From: Nitrosopumilus sp.
GTDB taxonomy: Archaea > Thermoproteota > Nitrososphaeria > Nitrososphaerales > Nitrosopumilaceae
NCBI GenBank assembly: GCA_965197525.1
Contig: OZ240211.1
Span: 2,080,001 to 2,144,000, forward strand
Direction: 5' to 3'
Length of the DNA stretch: 64,000 nt
The position numbers were made by a program, and so were the translations under genes. Under the pieces are notes generated by a model. That model did no database searches. It saw only the letters and a program-made list of their open reading frames with translations, and was not told where the DNA came from. Shown piece by piece: positions 30,169-42,878 of the stretch. Every line of letters starts with the position of its first letter. Position 1 is the first letter of the stretch.

Positions 30169-31452
30169 ATGCCAGACAAATCTGAGAAGCTGTTTGATGT
30201 TGCAAAGCAAGTAATCCCTTCAGGAGTTAACAGTCCTGTTAGATATTTTGAGCCATACCCATTTTTTACCAAAAAAGCAGGCGGCGCATACATTTGGGAT
30301 GTGGATGATACTCAATACATCGATCTCTGTAATGGTTATGGCGCGCTACTTTTGGGTCATAGTAGAGAAGAGATTACCTCATCTGTAGTAAATCAGCTAT
30401 TCCAAGGAACTTTATACTGTACACCTACTGAATCTGAGATCGAGCTCTCAAAACTAATAGCTGGAAATTTCCACTCGATTGACAAGGTAAGACTAACTAA
30501 CACTGGTGGCGAGGCTACTATGACTGCAATAAGACTGGCTCGTGGTTTTACAAAAAATAAAAAGATAATAAAATTTGAAGGATGCTATCACGGTGCACAC
30601 GACTCTGTATTGGTACGAGCCGGTTCAGGTTCTGCACACAACGGTATTTCAGTGTCTGACGGCATACCAAACGAAACATCAAGAAACACACTGGTGGTAA
30701 GATACAATGACATTGAAGATCTACAAGATACCATAAACAAAAATAAAGATAGTATTGCAGGCGTTATAGTCGAGCCGGTTCTTGCAAACATGGGTCTTAT
30801 TCTGCCTAAACCACGGTTTTTGAACACTCTGCGCAAGATCACAAAAGAGAACGACATTCCATTAATTTTCGATGAAGTAGTTACTGGTTTTAGAATGTCT
30901 CCCGGTGGTGCTCAGCAGTACTATAACATCAAACCCGACATCACAACGCTTGGAAAAGCTTTGGGCAACGGATTTACAATATCTGCAGTAGGAGGCAGAC
31001 AGGAGATAATGGATTTGCTCTCTCCAGGCGGTAACGTATACCAAGCAAGTACATTTGCAGGTAATCCTGTATCAGTTAGTGCTGCAATTGCTTCAATTAG
31101 GACAATTAACAGAACCAAAAACAGGCTGTACAAGAAACTTGAGAGGTTTAATCAGTATCTGTCTTGTGCTCTAGGTGACATGTCTACTGATATGGGTATC
31201 CCGCACCAAATTAACCATATATCATCCATGTTTCAGATCTTTTTTAGTAAAGACCAAGTAACTGATTACACTACATCAAAGAACGCTGATGCCATAAAGT
31301 TTCAAAGAATGTTTCATGTCCTACTACACAATGGTGTGTTTATTGCCCCATCGCAGTTTGAGGTATCGTTCTTGTCTGATGCGCATACACGTATCGATGT
31401 GGATAATATACTTGATGCGTATAGTCTAGCATTAAAGTCGGTGAAGAGTTGA
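30169..31452 (+). CDS. hemL: Glutamate-1-semialdehyde 2,1-aminomutase
   Basis: GVNSPVR, FEGCYHG, FDEVVTGFR and TTLGK motifs. Confidence 0.95.
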   Translation: MPDKSEKLFDVAKQVIPSGVNSPVRYFEPYPFFTKKAGGAYIWDVDDTQYIDLCNGYGALLLGHSREEITSSVVNQLFQGTLYCTPTESEIELSKLIAGNFHSIDKVRLTNTGGEATMTAIRLARGFTKNKKIIKFEGCYHGAHDSVLVRAGSGSAHNGISVSDGIPNETSRNTLVVRYNDIEDLQDTINKNKDSIAGVIVEPVLANMGLILPKPRFLNTLRKITKENDIPLIFDEVVTGFRMSPGGAQQYYNIKPDITTLGKALGNGFTISAVGGRQEIMDLLSPGGNVYQASTFAGNPVSVSAAIASIRTINRTKNRLYKKLERFNQYLSCALGDMSTDMGIPHQINHISSMFQIFFSKDQVTDYTTSKNADAIKFQRMFHVLLHNGVFIAPSQFEVSFLSDAHTRIDVDNILDAYSLALKSVKS

Positions 31453-32389
31453 AGCAAAAATACATCGTAGGTGCAAGAGGAAGTATGCTATCTATATCGC
31501 AAACACAGCAAGTCATATCACAGCTACAATCTGTACACCCTGATTCTGAATATGAGATTAAACCAATCACTACAAAAGGCGATGTTGATACCAGGGCACT
31601 CTTTACCATTGATGCAAAAGGAATATTTGAAAAAGAGATTGACCGGAAAGTTGCGCAAAAAGAGATTGATTTTGCAGTGCATAGTCTCAAAGATGTCCCA
31701 TCTGCACTTGATGAGACTCTTGTCTTAGCATCGATTCCAAAACGTAAAGCAGTAAATGACGTGATCATTACCTCAGATGGTTCTACACTGTCTGATATCG
31801 CTCCTGATTCTGTCATTGGAACAAGCTCTCTGCGACGTGCAGTCCAGATTTCAAGGATTAGGCCAGATGTTATCGTTAAACCAGTTCGTGGGAACATTGA
31901 GACTCGAATAAAAAAGATATCTACAGGCAGCTATGATGCAGTAGTACTTGCTCAAGCAGGAATCACTAGACTGGGATTGGCTGATATAAGATATTCTCCC
32001 TTGTCTGTTGATACCTTCTTACCGTCTCCAGGACAGGGTGCAATTGCGATAGTTGCAAGAGCAGACGCCACGCAAACCATTGAAATGCTCAAAAAAATTG
32101 AGGATGTTGATTCTCGTTTGGAGATTCAGGCAGAGCGCTCCCTCTCAAAGTATGTTGATTCTGGATGCAGGTTTCCATTGGGTGCGTATGCCAAGTCTGA
32201 TGGTGCAGACATGACGCTGTCAGTATCGGCATTCTCAGTTGATGGAAAAGAGTCTTTACACGTTAAAATGACTGGGAACAAAGATGACTCCATGTCAATT
32301 GGCAGACGTGCAGGAGAGGAATTACACTCAAAAGGAGTGAATAAACTTGCATTAAATTGGAGAGCCAAGGTAGAAGAGTGGAACAAGAC

Positions 32390-32393
<4 letters not shown>
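31449..32393 (+). CDS. hemC: Hydroxymethylbilane synthase
   Basis: TTKGD, GIFEKE, VHSLKDVP, GTSSLRR and RGNIETR motifs. Confidence 0.95.
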
Positions 32394-33303
<910 letters not shown>

Positions 33304-33319
<16 letters not shown>

Positions 33320-34140
33320 TGCTTGCCGGAAAGACTATTGCCATTACCCGTTCACTTGAAGATTCAAAAGAGTTTATCTCACTTGTAAAACAGAACAATG
33401 CAACACCTATAGCATTACCTACCATTGAACTAGTAAGTAAAGGCGAACAAATTGTAGATGAGTTTCTAGAATCTATTGCATCGTACAATCCTGACTATTC
33501 CGTATTTATGAGCTCAAAAGCAGTAAAACTTTTGTTTGATACTGCCAAAAAAGTCAAAAAGATAGACAATCTCAAACTAGCAGTAGCAAACACAATTGTT
33601 GTATCGGTAGGGCCCAAAACATCCATTGCCCTAGAGTCAGAAGGAATAAAAGTAAATCATCAGCCCACAACTTTTTCTTCAGTTGGCATCGGTGAAGTTT
33701 TTACTAGAATTAACGCAGTTGGAAAAAAAGCAATCATTCCAAGAAGCGGTGCCTCCACCCCATTTCTCAAAGAACTGTTATCCAAAATCGGTATTGACGT
33801 CTTGGAGATTCATCTGTATAATGTATGTGCATTTAGGGATACTACTCAATGGAATGGCTTCCGAGAACTATTCTCTCAAAACAAGGTTGATGGCATCATA
33901 TTTACAAGTGCATCATCAGTTAGGGGATTCTTTGAGATACTCTCAAATGACTATGATATTGACGGCTCTGACAATAATAATAATAGAGACACACTATTAC
34001 AAAAGCTTGAAAAATCACTCATAGTCTCTATTGGACCCTTTACATCTGACGAACTAAAAAAATTCAAAGTCAAAAATATCGTTGCCCAAGTTCATACTGT
34101 ATCAGGCGCATTTGATGCAGTTAATAAATCACTTTTTTAG
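33304..34140 (+). CDS. hemD: Uroporphyrinogen-III synthase
   Basis: IAITR, VSVGPKT, FTSASSV and SIGPFT motifs; in the hem cluster. Confidence 0.9.
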
Positions 34141-34307
34141 TTTTGAAGATCGTACTGCACACATCAAAACCAAGTCTCTGATGATGGTTTTGTCAATAAG
34201 TCTAAGGCGATAATGGTATGTCTCTAGTTGCACATTAGTTGTAAATGTCTCGGGTTTGAAACAGTGTAAATTTTAAAAAAAATAATATGTATATATTTAT
34301 AAAAATT

Positions 34308-34481
34308 TTACTGCATTTCATTTAATTTTACAAGTTCTTTTTCTAAACGTTCTAATTCATCTCTTATCTTGTTGGCAAGCGAATACATTTCATGTTGTTC
34401 AAACGCAATAATTGCCGTCTTTGTATAATTTATTTTGTCATTTAGTTTTTTCTTTTCATCCATGTAAGAATCGTATGCCAT
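34308..34481 (-). CDS. Small helical protein (57 aa), paralogue of the neighbour
   Basis: Manual translation: MAYDSYMDEKKKLNDKINYTKTAIIAFEQHEMYSLANKIRDELERLEKELVKLNEMQ; below the ORF-track cutoff. Confidence 0.6.
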   Translation of the reverse strand: MAYDSYMDEKKKLNDKINYTKTAIIAFEQHEMYSLANKIRDELERLEKELVKLNEMQ

Positions 34482-34582
34482 ATATATACAAGCAATATTA
34501 TCTATTTAAAATATTAATTGTTATTTGTATTACATATGTTTAATTAAACAACATATATTCACATTTTAGAATTTTATCATGT

Positions 34583-34726
34583 TTACGTTACTTGCTCTTG
34601 AGCTAGTTTTTCTTTTAAATTTTTAATTTCTTCATTTCCGGCATTCACCATATTTGATAAACCGTGTTCCTCAAATCCCTTGATGTATTTTTCAATACAT
34701 TTTATTTTGTCTTCCGTTGTAACCAT
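34583..34726 (-). CDS. Small helical protein (47 aa)
   Basis: MVTTEDKIKCIEKYIKGFEEHGLSNMVNAGNEEIKNLKEKLAQEQVT; aligns with the 34308-34481 protein. Confidence 0.6.
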   Translation of the reverse strand: MVTTEDKIKCIEKYIKGFEEHGLSNMVNAGNEEIKNLKEKLAQEQVT

Positions 34727-35304
34727 AACAGTATTTGTGTTACAATATTTATAAATATTTTGAAATATGGTTCTGCTTGTATTGTCCAGAAAGTAGTTCA
34801 CCCCTCACATCAGACTCATAGTCTAGGCAGGCGTGTTCCATGATAGATTTTTTCAGCGGCATAGCATCCCATGTAAAATCTATGAAAGACACAGTCGGCT
34901 TTTCCATTACTAGAAACCGTGGCATGTGGATACATAGGTGGAGACGCTCTATTGTGTGGCGTTATATGGGAAGATTGAGAGGTACGCGTTGGAATTCATT
35001 TACTGTAATTTAGGCGAATGTGATCATGGCGATCCTGACAACAAGAAGAATAATATGGAAAAAACGTATGAATTGACAAAGATGACGTATATAGAATGCC
35101 ATACAAACGTCAATTCTATTTAAAGATAAAAAACCTCAAATTCAGTTGTTAAAAAAGCCTTTTTATAGATTCAAGATATACTGTATGAACTAATTGTGAT
35201 AGATTTACAATGTTAATTTACGTAAATCTTCAGAATTTGACGGATTTGTTTAGCTCTGCCTATTTTTCACGATCTATTTATAATATAACGGGGTTATCTT
35301 CAAT

Positions 35305-36705
35305 ATGACAACTGAAAATCTAGATATGGATTATTCACAATATGATTTTAAGGACTCTACAGAGATGTACGTCCACCTTAGCAAGAAAGGCCTGTCTAAG
35401 GAAACTGTAATTAGTATCAGTAAGATGAAAGATGAGCCACAATGGATGCTTGATTTTAGATTGCGCTCCTTTGAAATTTTTATGGAAAAACCAATGCCTA
35501 CTTGGGGTGGCGATCTTAGTGTTATTGACTTTCAAAATATCTACTACTATGCCAAGGCGTCTGAGAAGGTGGAGAAGAGCTGGGATGACGTGCCTGAGAA
35601 TGTTAAAAACACGTTTGACAAACTAGGCATTCCAGAGGCCGAAAAGAAGTTTTTGGCAGGTGTTGGCGCACAGTACGAATCTGAAGTCGTATATCACAGT
35701 TTAAGGGAGGATTTGGCAAAACAAGGTGTTCTCTTTTTGGATACTGATGCTGCACTAAAAGAACATCCTGAGATGTTCAAAAAATACTTTGGTAAGATTA
35801 TTCCTCCAGAGGATAACAAATTTGCCGCATTAAACAGCGCAGTATGGAGTGGCGGCTCATTTATCTATGTACCACCAGGTGTCTCAGTGGACATGCCATT
35901 ACAAGCATACTTTAGAATTAACGCTGAGAACATTGGTCAGTTTGAGAGAACTCTGATAATTGTTGATGAAGGTGCAGAAGTACACTACATAGAGGGATGT
36001 ACTGCTCCTGTATACTCTTCTGAATCCCTGCACTCTGCTGTAGTCGAACTAATAGCTCACAAAGATGCAAAACTGCGATACACCACAATCCAAAACTGGA
36101 GTAACGATGTTTACAATCTTGTGACTAAACGTGCCTATGCATATGAGGGAGCAACAGTAGAATGGATTGACGGAAACATTGGCAGTAAACTAACTATGAA
36201 GTATCCGGGTGTATATCTTTTAGGTGAGCGGGCATACGGTGAGACACTGTCTATTGCATTTGCAGGTAAAGGACAGCATCAAGATACGGGTGCCAAGATG
36301 GTTCATCTTGCACCACATACTACGTCCAAAGTCACATCAAAATCAGTTAGCAGATTAGATGGACGTTCTACGTACCGTGGAATGCTCAAAGTTGCAAAAG
36401 GTGCTACAAATGTAAAGTCTACTGTGCGATGCGACGCACTACTCTTAGACGATACATCAAAAACTGATACATATCCATACATGGAGATTGATCAGGAAGA
36501 CGCAACTATCACCCACGAGGCAACAGTTGGAAAGATTGGTGATGATCAAATCTTTTATCTTATGAGTAGGGGATTCAACGAAGAAGAAGCTCTGTCATTG
36601 ATCGTCAACGGCTTTATGGAGCCATTTACAAAAGAACTCCCAATGGAATATGCAGTAGAACTGAACAGACTCATCAAACTAGAGATGGATGACTCTGTAG
36701 GGTGA
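35305..36705 (+). CDS. sufB: Fe-S cluster assembly protein SufB
   Basis: [29 protein letters not shown] and [10 protein letters not shown] motifs. Confidence 0.97.
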   Translation: MTTENLDMDYSQYDFKDSTEMYVHLSKKGLSKETVISISKMKDEPQWMLDFRLRSFEIFMEKPMPTWGGDLSVIDFQNIYYYAKASEKVEKSWDDVPENVKNTFDKLGIPEAEKKFLAGVGAQYESEVVYHSLREDLAKQGVLFLDTDAALKEHPEMFKKYFGKIIPPEDNKFAALNSAVWSGGSFIYVPPGVSVDMPLQAYFRINAENIGQFERTLIIVDEGAEVHYIEGCTAPVYSSESLHSAVVELIAHKDAKLRYTTIQNWSNDVYNLVTKRAYAYEGATVEWIDGNIGSKLTMKYPGVYLLGERAYGETLSIAFAGKGQHQDTGAKMVHLAPHTTSKVTSKSVSRLDGRSTYRGMLKVAKGATNVKSTVRCDALLLDDTSKTDTYPYMEIDQEDATITHEATVGKIGDDQIFYLMSRGFNEEEALSLIVNGFMEPFTKELPMEYAVELNRLIKLEMDDSVG

Positions 36706-36724
36706 CCACTGGTTTTGATTAGAT

Positions 36725-38125
36725 ATGTCCCAAGAACTACTCTCAAGCATTAGCGCGTCTCACATCGATGAGATCTCATCATCTATGAATGAACCTGACT
36801 GGCTCAAAGATTACAGAAAGGCATCATTGTCTGTATACAACAACCTGCCAATTGAGATCTCCCCACTTTACAATAAATACACTGATGTCAAAAAGATGGA
36901 TATTACAAAGGTGTCTCTCTCAATTACCACTGCACAAACAGTTCCTAGTTTCCTCAAAAAACGACTCGGCGAACTAGAAGACGAGATATGCATCATTCAG
37001 ATTGGAACAAACATTCACAGAATCAACCTGCCTGACTCTCTAAAATCCCAAGGATTGATAATATCTTCAATATCAGATGCAATAAAACACACACCAGAAC
37101 TGGTAAAAAAAGCACTAGAGGCCTCAAACTCTAACGCAGACAAGTTTACTGCATTAAACAATGCAGCATTTAACTCTGGCGTGTTCATACATATACCACG
37201 CAATGTTACTGTGGACCGACCAATCCATATGTTGCTGTGTCTCTCAGAAGACGGCCATTCTGCCATATCTCGCAATATCATATTTGCAGATCAAAGCAGC
37301 AAGGCTACCATAGTACAAGAGCTGTACTCGCCTAACATACAGACACAGCAGGCATATCTAGAGTTGCTAAACACCACAGTTGCAGGCAACGCAAACCTAG
37401 ATGTCACCACTCTTCAGATGATGGACCAACACGCAGTCACCTTTTCGACTAGACGAACCGATCTAGCACAAGATGCTAGTGTAAACTGGTACTCTGGTCT
37501 GTTCGGTTCTATGCTGTCTAGATACAATATAGAATATTTCTTAAATGGAACAGGCGCATCATCTAATGACTCTGAAGTGGTCTTTGGGAACAATGATCAA
37601 TCTTTTGATATTCATACTGCAGTGAACCATGAGGAACGTTCCACTGAGGGACGCGTAGTTGAAAAATCCATCCTTCGAAACAAGTCAAAATCTCTGTTCA
37701 AAGGAATGATTAGAATAAAAGAGAATGCTACAAAATCAAACTCATTTCTGTCTGGTCGCTCCATTCTGTTAGATGAGGATGCCAAATCAGATGCAATCCC
37801 TGGCCTTGAGATCTTTACCAACGATGTAAAGGCCACCCACTCTGCATCAGTTGCACAGATTGATGAAGAACAAATATTTTATCTAAAGACCAGATGTCTT
37901 AGCCACGAAGAGGCTGAGAGAACTATAGTTGAGGGGTTCTTAGAACCGCTATCACGAAAGATGTCATTTCAGGTCAGAGCTTGGATAGCCTATCTCATTG
38001 AATCAAAGTGGGAGAATAAGGATCTAACTATTAATACTGATGAAGAGCTAGCCAAGTTTGTTGAAATTGAAGAGACACGCTACAATGAGGATGCTGAAAT
38101 CGAGCAGCATTACAAGTATAGGTGA
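36725..38125 (+). CDS. sufD: Fe-S cluster assembly protein SufD
   Basis: AIPGLEIFTNDVKATHSASV motif; follows sufB. Confidence 0.92.
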   Translation: MSQELLSSISASHIDEISSSMNEPDWLKDYRKASLSVYNNLPIEISPLYNKYTDVKKMDITKVSLSITTAQTVPSFLKKRLGELEDEICIIQIGTNIHRINLPDSLKSQGLIISSISDAIKHTPELVKKALEASNSNADKFTALNNAAFNSGVFIHIPRNVTVDRPIHMLLCLSEDGHSAISRNIIFADQSSKATIVQELYSPNIQTQQAYLELLNTTVAGNANLDVTTLQMMDQHAVTFSTRRTDLAQDASVNWYSGLFGSMLSRYNIEYFLNGTGASSNDSEVVFGNNDQSFDIHTAVNHEERSTEGRVVEKSILRNKSKSLFKGMIRIKENATKSNSFLSGRSILLDEDAKSDAIPGLEIFTNDVKATHSASVAQIDEEQIFYLKTRCLSHEEAERTIVEGFLEPLSRKMSFQVRAWIAYLIESKWENKDLTINTDEELAKFVEIEETRYNEDAEIEQHYKYR

Positions 38126-38439
38126 TTCTTCTGCCTGAATGGATTAAAGCCTGTACGTTACAGCAGGTAAAAGAAGGTCAACTATTTGGTTTTGTACACA
38201 ACGATACCAAAATCTTGATTGCAAATCTAAAGGGAAAGATACACGCAACTGATCTAATCTGTACACATGCAAATGCAGATCTGTCTACTGGATTTCTAAG
38301 TGATGAGGGTGTCCGATGTCCTTTGCATTTGTCTGTGTTTAATCTGGCAAATGGAGAACCTCAAAACCTTCCTGCCGAAGTGCCTCTTAAGATATACAAT
38401 GTCAAAGTCCAGTCTGATGAGATTTATGTGGAGGTATGA
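38122..38439 (+). CDS. Rieske-type [2Fe-2S] ferredoxin
   Basis: CTH...CPLH ligands. Confidence 0.92.
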   Translation: MILLPEWIKACTLQQVKEGQLFGFVHNDTKILIANLKGKIHATDLICTHANADLSTGFLSDEGVRCPLHLSVFNLANGEPQNLPAEVPLKIYNVKVQSDEIYVEV

Positions 38440-38446
38440 TGGTATA

Positions 38447-39733
38447 ATGCAAAGTACAGAATCACTATTTGAAAATTTGAAAAACGATTTTCCAATTCTT
38501 AAAAGGACCGTCCGTGATAACAAACCCTTGGTGTACCTAGATAATGCATCAACAACCCAAAAACCAAATCAGGTAATAGATGCAATCACTTACTATTACC
38601 AAAATCATAATGCAAATATTCACAGAGCAGTTTATGCACTAGCTGAAGAAGCCACTCATGCATATGAGGAGACAAGAGACAAGATTGCAAACTTTGTAAA
38701 CATCAAGGATCGTCAGGAGATAATTTTTGTTAGGGGAACTACTGAGGCAATAAACTTGGTTGCATATGCTTGGGGCAGATCTCACATTCAAAAAGACGAT
38801 ATTATCGTCACTACCGAATATGAACATCACAGCAACATTGTACCGTGGCAGCTATTAACGCAAGAGACAGGCGCCAAACTAAAATACATTCGTATGGACG
38901 ATGACGGTGAGCTAATCTTAGACGACCTCAAAGAATATCTTGACACAGGCAAGGTCAAACTAGTAGCGTTTAGTCTAATGTCAAATGTGCTTGGCACTAT
39001 CACTGATGCAAAAAAGATAGTTCAGATGTGCAAGGCTGCTACAATAGCAACAACAACAACAACGCCTGAAGGAGGCAATAACCATATCCTTACACTAATT
39101 GACGGCGCCCAAGCAGTCCCCCACATGAAGGTTGACATTGCAGATTTGGGATGCGACTTTTTTGCCTTCTCTGGGCACAAGATGTTGGGTCCTACCGGCA
39201 TTGGTGTGCTGTGGGTTAAAAAAAAGGTTCTTGAGACTATGGTGCCATTTCATGGAGGCGGTGATATGATAAGAGAGGTTCACAAGTACGAGACTACTTG
39301 GAATGACCTGCCATACAAATTTGAGGCAGGTACTCCCAATATTGCAGATGTTGTAGGACTTGGAGCAGCCATTGACTATATCAATAAAATTGGAATCAAT
39401 AACATTCGAGAGCATGAAGTAGAGTTGACAAAATATGCCATAGAGAAACTGTCTGCTGTAAAGGGTCTCCACATATACGGACCAAAGGATATATCAAAGC
39501 GCGGCGGCGTCATATCTTTTAATTTTGCAGACGTGCATCCCCATGATGTTGCACAAATTGTTGATGCGGAGGGTATTGCAGTACGTTCTGGCCATCACTG
39601 TGCCCAAGTATTGATGGAAAGACTCAACATTGCTGCAACATCAAGGGCTAGTTTTTACATATACAATACCAAACACGACATTGATGTTCTTGTAAATTCC
39701 TTAAATATTGTAGCAAAGGTGTTCAAGCTATGA
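38447..39733 (+). CDS. sufS: Cysteine desulfurase SufS
   Basis: YLDNASTTQKP, EHHSNIVPW, FSGHKMLGP and RSGHHCA motifs; start placed at MQSTES (38447). Confidence 0.95.
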   Translation: MQSTESLFENLKNDFPILKRTVRDNKPLVYLDNASTTQKPNQVIDAITYYYQNHNANIHRAVYALAEEATHAYEETRDKIANFVNIKDRQEIIFVRGTTEAINLVAYAWGRSHIQKDDIIVTTEYEHHSNIVPWQLLTQETGAKLKYIRMDDDGELILDDLKEYLDTGKVKLVAFSLMSNVLGTITDAKKIVQMCKAATIATTTTTPEGGNNHILTLIDGAQAVPHMKVDIADLGCDFFAFSGHKMLGPTGIGVLWVKKKVLETMVPFHGGGDMIREVHKYETTWNDLPYKFEAGTPNIADVVGLGAAIDYINKIGINNIREHEVELTKYAIEKLSAVKGLHIYGPKDISKRGGVISFNFADVHPHDVAQIVDAEGIAVRSGHHCAQVLMERLNIAATSRASFYIYNTKHDIDVLVNSLNIVAKVFKL

Positions 39734-40203
39734 CTGCTGCCTCTACTGGAAGCGCAGACATATATCATGAGATGATAGTTGATTATTCTCGCAATCCTGT
39801 AAATTATGGACAAATCGAGAACCCTGATGTAACTTTTCATGACTCTAATCCGTTGTGTGGTGATAGTATAGACATCGATATGAAGATAGACGATAACCGA
39901 GTCACCGACATAAAATTTCATGGCAAGGGGTGTGCCATATGTATGGCGTGTTCCTCTGTATTGACTGAGATTACAAAGGGGAAGACTCTTGATGAGACAA
40001 GGGATATTGACAAAAATGATGTATTAAGTGAGTTGGGTCTTGAACACCTACAAGCTGTTAGAATAAAATGTGCTTTACTTTCACTAAAAGTACTCAAGTC
40101 CGCTCTTTATACATACATTGGAGAACATCTGAGTGATAATGATGGTGATGATGGTGCTCAAAATGCAGACCGACTAAAAGAAGAGGCAAAAAATCTCTAT
40201 TGA
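39730..40203 (+). CDS. sufU: SufU/IscU scaffold protein
   Basis: NPLCGD, GCAICMA and RIKCALL motifs. Confidence 0.93.
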   Translation: MTAASTGSADIYHEMIVDYSRNPVNYGQIENPDVTFHDSNPLCGDSIDIDMKIDDNRVTDIKFHGKGCAICMACSSVLTEITKGKTLDETRDIDKNDVLSELGLEHLQAVRIKCALLSLKVLKSALYTYIGEHLSDNDGDDGAQNADRLKEEAKNLY

Positions 40204-40227
40204 TGATGATGATGATGATGGTTCTAC

Positions 40228-40575
40228 ATGAATGATTTTACTCCCAAAATTCCAATAATTCTTCAGATACGTAAAATAATCTTTGAAAAATTCAACGATG
40301 TAAACATCAACTTTACAAACGATGAGATCTTTGAGATAATCAAAAAAGACGCTGATATCCACCCATCATGGATTATTGATGATACAGAGTCATTTTTTAA
40401 TGATATTTGTCGTGCTGGTCTTGTTCGCAATATTGCACAAAATTTTACCACAATCTGGCTGAAACTCTTTGATCCTGTAGAAAAACTTCACTGTAACACC
40501 TGTGATTATGATGTCTGTCTTGGTATGTCAGAAGACAGAATATGCCCAAACCCTTCGTGCAAATCCTCTATCTAG
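40228..40575 (+). CDS. Hypothetical protein with C-terminal Zn-finger-like motif
   Basis: 115-aa ORF; CNTC...CPNPSC. Confidence 0.75.
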   Translation: MNDFTPKIPIILQIRKIIFEKFNDVNINFTNDEIFEIIKKDADIHPSWIIDDTESFFNDICRAGLVRNIAQNFTTIWLKLFDPVEKLHCNTCDYDVCLGMSEDRICPNPSCKSSI

Positions 40576-41776
40576 ATCTGTACCTTGATGCTGCATCTTC
40601 CAACGCTTTAATCATTGGCAGTTTCTCGCCTGTAAGATATCGTACTAGTGCACCGCCTGCCGTACTAATGTGGTTAATCTTTGAATCTAATCCCTGTTGT
40701 TTTAGCGCTGTAGTGAGATGACCTCCACTTACAATTGTTGTAGCCATAGAGTTTGCAACTGCTTTGAGTAACGCGTTTGTTCCATAGCTGAATTGCTCAT
40801 TCTCAAAGAATCCCGCAGGTCCGCTGATGAACACAGTTCCTGCACCGGCGATTAGTTTTGAATAATGGTTTACAGTTTTAGGTCCCAAGTCAAAAATTCT
40901 GTCCCCTCTTAGCATCTCTCGTACATCCATCTCAATCCTCTCTCCATCCTTGTCAATTGCAATATCCACAGGCGTTGCAAATACATCCGGATATTCTCCT
41001 ATCAACGAGTGCGCTCGTGCGACAACCTCTTCTTCTCTTTTAAATCCCAACAGTGATTTGATTCTGGCTTGCGCGCGCATAAACACATTTCCAATGAGCC
41101 CCGTTAGCAACACGTGATCTGCTCTGCCATTTTGAATCAGCAGTTTTATGGCCTCTAACCTGTCTTGAATCTTTGAACCGCCTAGCACTATCACATGTGG
41201 TGCTTTGGCAACTGTCATTATCTCATCCAAGTTTCTTACCTCTCTTTCTGCAATTCTTCCCGCACAAGCTGGTAACACTTGCGCAAATCCTACTATTGAT
41301 GGGTGTGACCTATGTGCACTGGGAAATGAGTCTAACACGCACAGGTCAAACAAACCTGCTAATCTTGACACCATTATCGTCTTTGCTGCATTCTCTGGGG
41401 TAAACTCGTAGTTCTCCTCAGCACACAGTCTGAGATTATCCAATAGCAATATCTCGCCATCTTTTAAATTCTTGATTGCATCTTGTGCGGCAGCACCGAT
41501 CGTATCCTCTACATATTTTATCTTTCTACTAGTCAACCTCTCAAGTACTTTGGCATGTTTGTCCATTCCTGTATACTCGTTGTTTCCAACCCTGCCCTGA
41601 TGTGATCCAACTACCACTTTGGCCTCTTTTAACGCCTGTATGCTCTCAATGGCCTCCTCAATTCGATACGTGCCTAAAATCTCATGCGTCTCAGGATCCA
41701 TCGGGCAGTTCATATCTACTCTTAAAAAGACCGTTTTGCCTTTCAGATCAAAATCATCTAATGTGAGTACCTTCAC
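40568..41776 (-). CDS. pgk: Phosphoglycerate kinase
   Basis: FLRVDMN, SHQGR, LLDNLR, SGGH and STAGGA motifs. Confidence 0.96.
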   Translation of the reverse strand: MKVLTLDDFDLKGKTVFLRVDMNCPMDPETHEILGTYRIEEAIESIQALKEAKVVVGSHQGRVGNNEYTGMDKHAKVLERLTSRKIKYVEDTIGAAAQDAIKNLKDGEILLLDNLRLCAEENYEFTPENAAKTIMVSRLAGLFDLCVLDSFPSAHRSHPSIVGFAQVLPACAGRIAEREVRNLDEIMTVAKAPHVIVLGGSKIQDRLEAIKLLIQNGRADHVLLTGLIGNVFMRAQARIKSLLGFKREEEVVARAHSLIGEYPDVFATPVDIAIDKDGERIEMDVREMLRGDRIFDLGPKTVNHYSKLIAGAGTVFISGPAGFFENEQFSYGTNALLKAVANSMATTIVSGGHLTTALKQQGLDSKINHISTAGGALVRYLTGEKLPMIKALEDAASRYRSR

Positions 41777-41906
41777 AGTTTGTCTATTGTCTACTTGGTT
41801 AAATTCTTTAAGACGGCTACAATCTTGTTTGTTGTCTTTTTTCTGCCTTCCTTGATGTTATACCTAGTACCAAAAATTAAAAGACGTCTATTTGGAATCA
41901 TAGTAA

Positions 41907-42578
41907 TTGCAAAACTGGTTATTTGATCTAAGGTCGCGTACCTTTGTCATACTCGTAGTGGTCTTTTTATTAATCACTGCTATTGTATACTCTGGAATCA
42001 CTGAAAGTTTTGATCAAGGTGTGGTCTTGTTCTTCTCTGAAGAGGTTGTAGGTGATCCTGTACTGGATACTACCATGCAGATCATCACAGAGGCAGGTGA
42101 CGGTGTTACCATGCTGGCAATTGGAATATTTGTTCTACTGATTCCTAAAACCCGTAGAATAGGCATCACATTGATGATTCTGATTGTACTCTCTACGCTG
42201 TTAACCGGTTACATCAAGTGCGGCATTGACCGTGACAGACCTGATTTTGAGTATGAGGGCATACCATTTCCGGTATCGGTAAGCCAGGATACATTTGCAT
42301 TGTTTTGTGATGGTGGATTTAATGCCTCATATCCATCCGGTCATGCGGCACGTTCTATGCTGTTTGCAGTAATCTTTGGTTATGCCATCTCTGAGAGATT
42401 CCCACGCGGTGCGTATCTTGTGTTGCTATACCCTGCATTAGTATCTGTGAGCAGGTTGTATGTATTGCAGCACTATCCAATGGATGTGATTGGCGGGACC
42501 GTAATTGGGGTGTTGCTTGCAGGCGTGATAGCTAAAAGGACCAAACTCTACAAAATTTTTGACAAATCAAAAACCTAA
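41907..42578 (+). CDS. PAP2-family membrane phosphatase
   Basis: K...RDRP, SYPSGH and SRLYVLQHYPMDV motifs. Confidence 0.92.
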   Translation: MQNWLFDLRSRTFVILVVVFLLITAIVYSGITESFDQGVVLFFSEEVVGDPVLDTTMQIITEAGDGVTMLAIGIFVLLIPKTRRIGITLMILIVLSTLLTGYIKCGIDRDRPDFEYEGIPFPVSVSQDTFALFCDGGFNASYPSGHAARSMLFAVIFGYAISERFPRGAYLVLLYPALVSVSRLYVLQHYPMDVIGGTVIGVLLAGVIAKRTKLYKIFDKSKT

Positions 42579-42878
42579 CTCACGTAACGTACTATTATCT
42601 ATCAACACTATTGCATAATGCTTGTCGTCATGATGATATGTCCAATATTTGATATCTCTGCTCTTTTTCTGCTCCCTGAGCCTGTATGTAACTCCGGTTG
42701 TTATGGTGTATCCAATTCTTTTTGCAGTCCTGGTTTCTTTTGGCATCAAAACTTTGAATCCTGCTTTCTCTGTCTTAAATCCCAACTCTGCCATCCTTTC
42801 TACTGCTGCCTGCGCCTCTTTTTCGTTCTCTATCTCAAACGTCTCTAGTATTGGCAGGTTCTTTGGATGAAACTCCAT
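42567..42878 (-). CDS. Conserved-looking hypothetical protein
   Basis: ORF; probable start at MEFHPK (42878). Confidence 0.65.
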   Translation of the reverse strand: MEFHPKNLPILETFEIENEKEAQAAVERMAELGFKTEKAGFKVLMPKETRTAKRIGYTITTGVTYRLREQKKSRDIKYWTYHHDDKHYAIVLIDNSTLRELGF

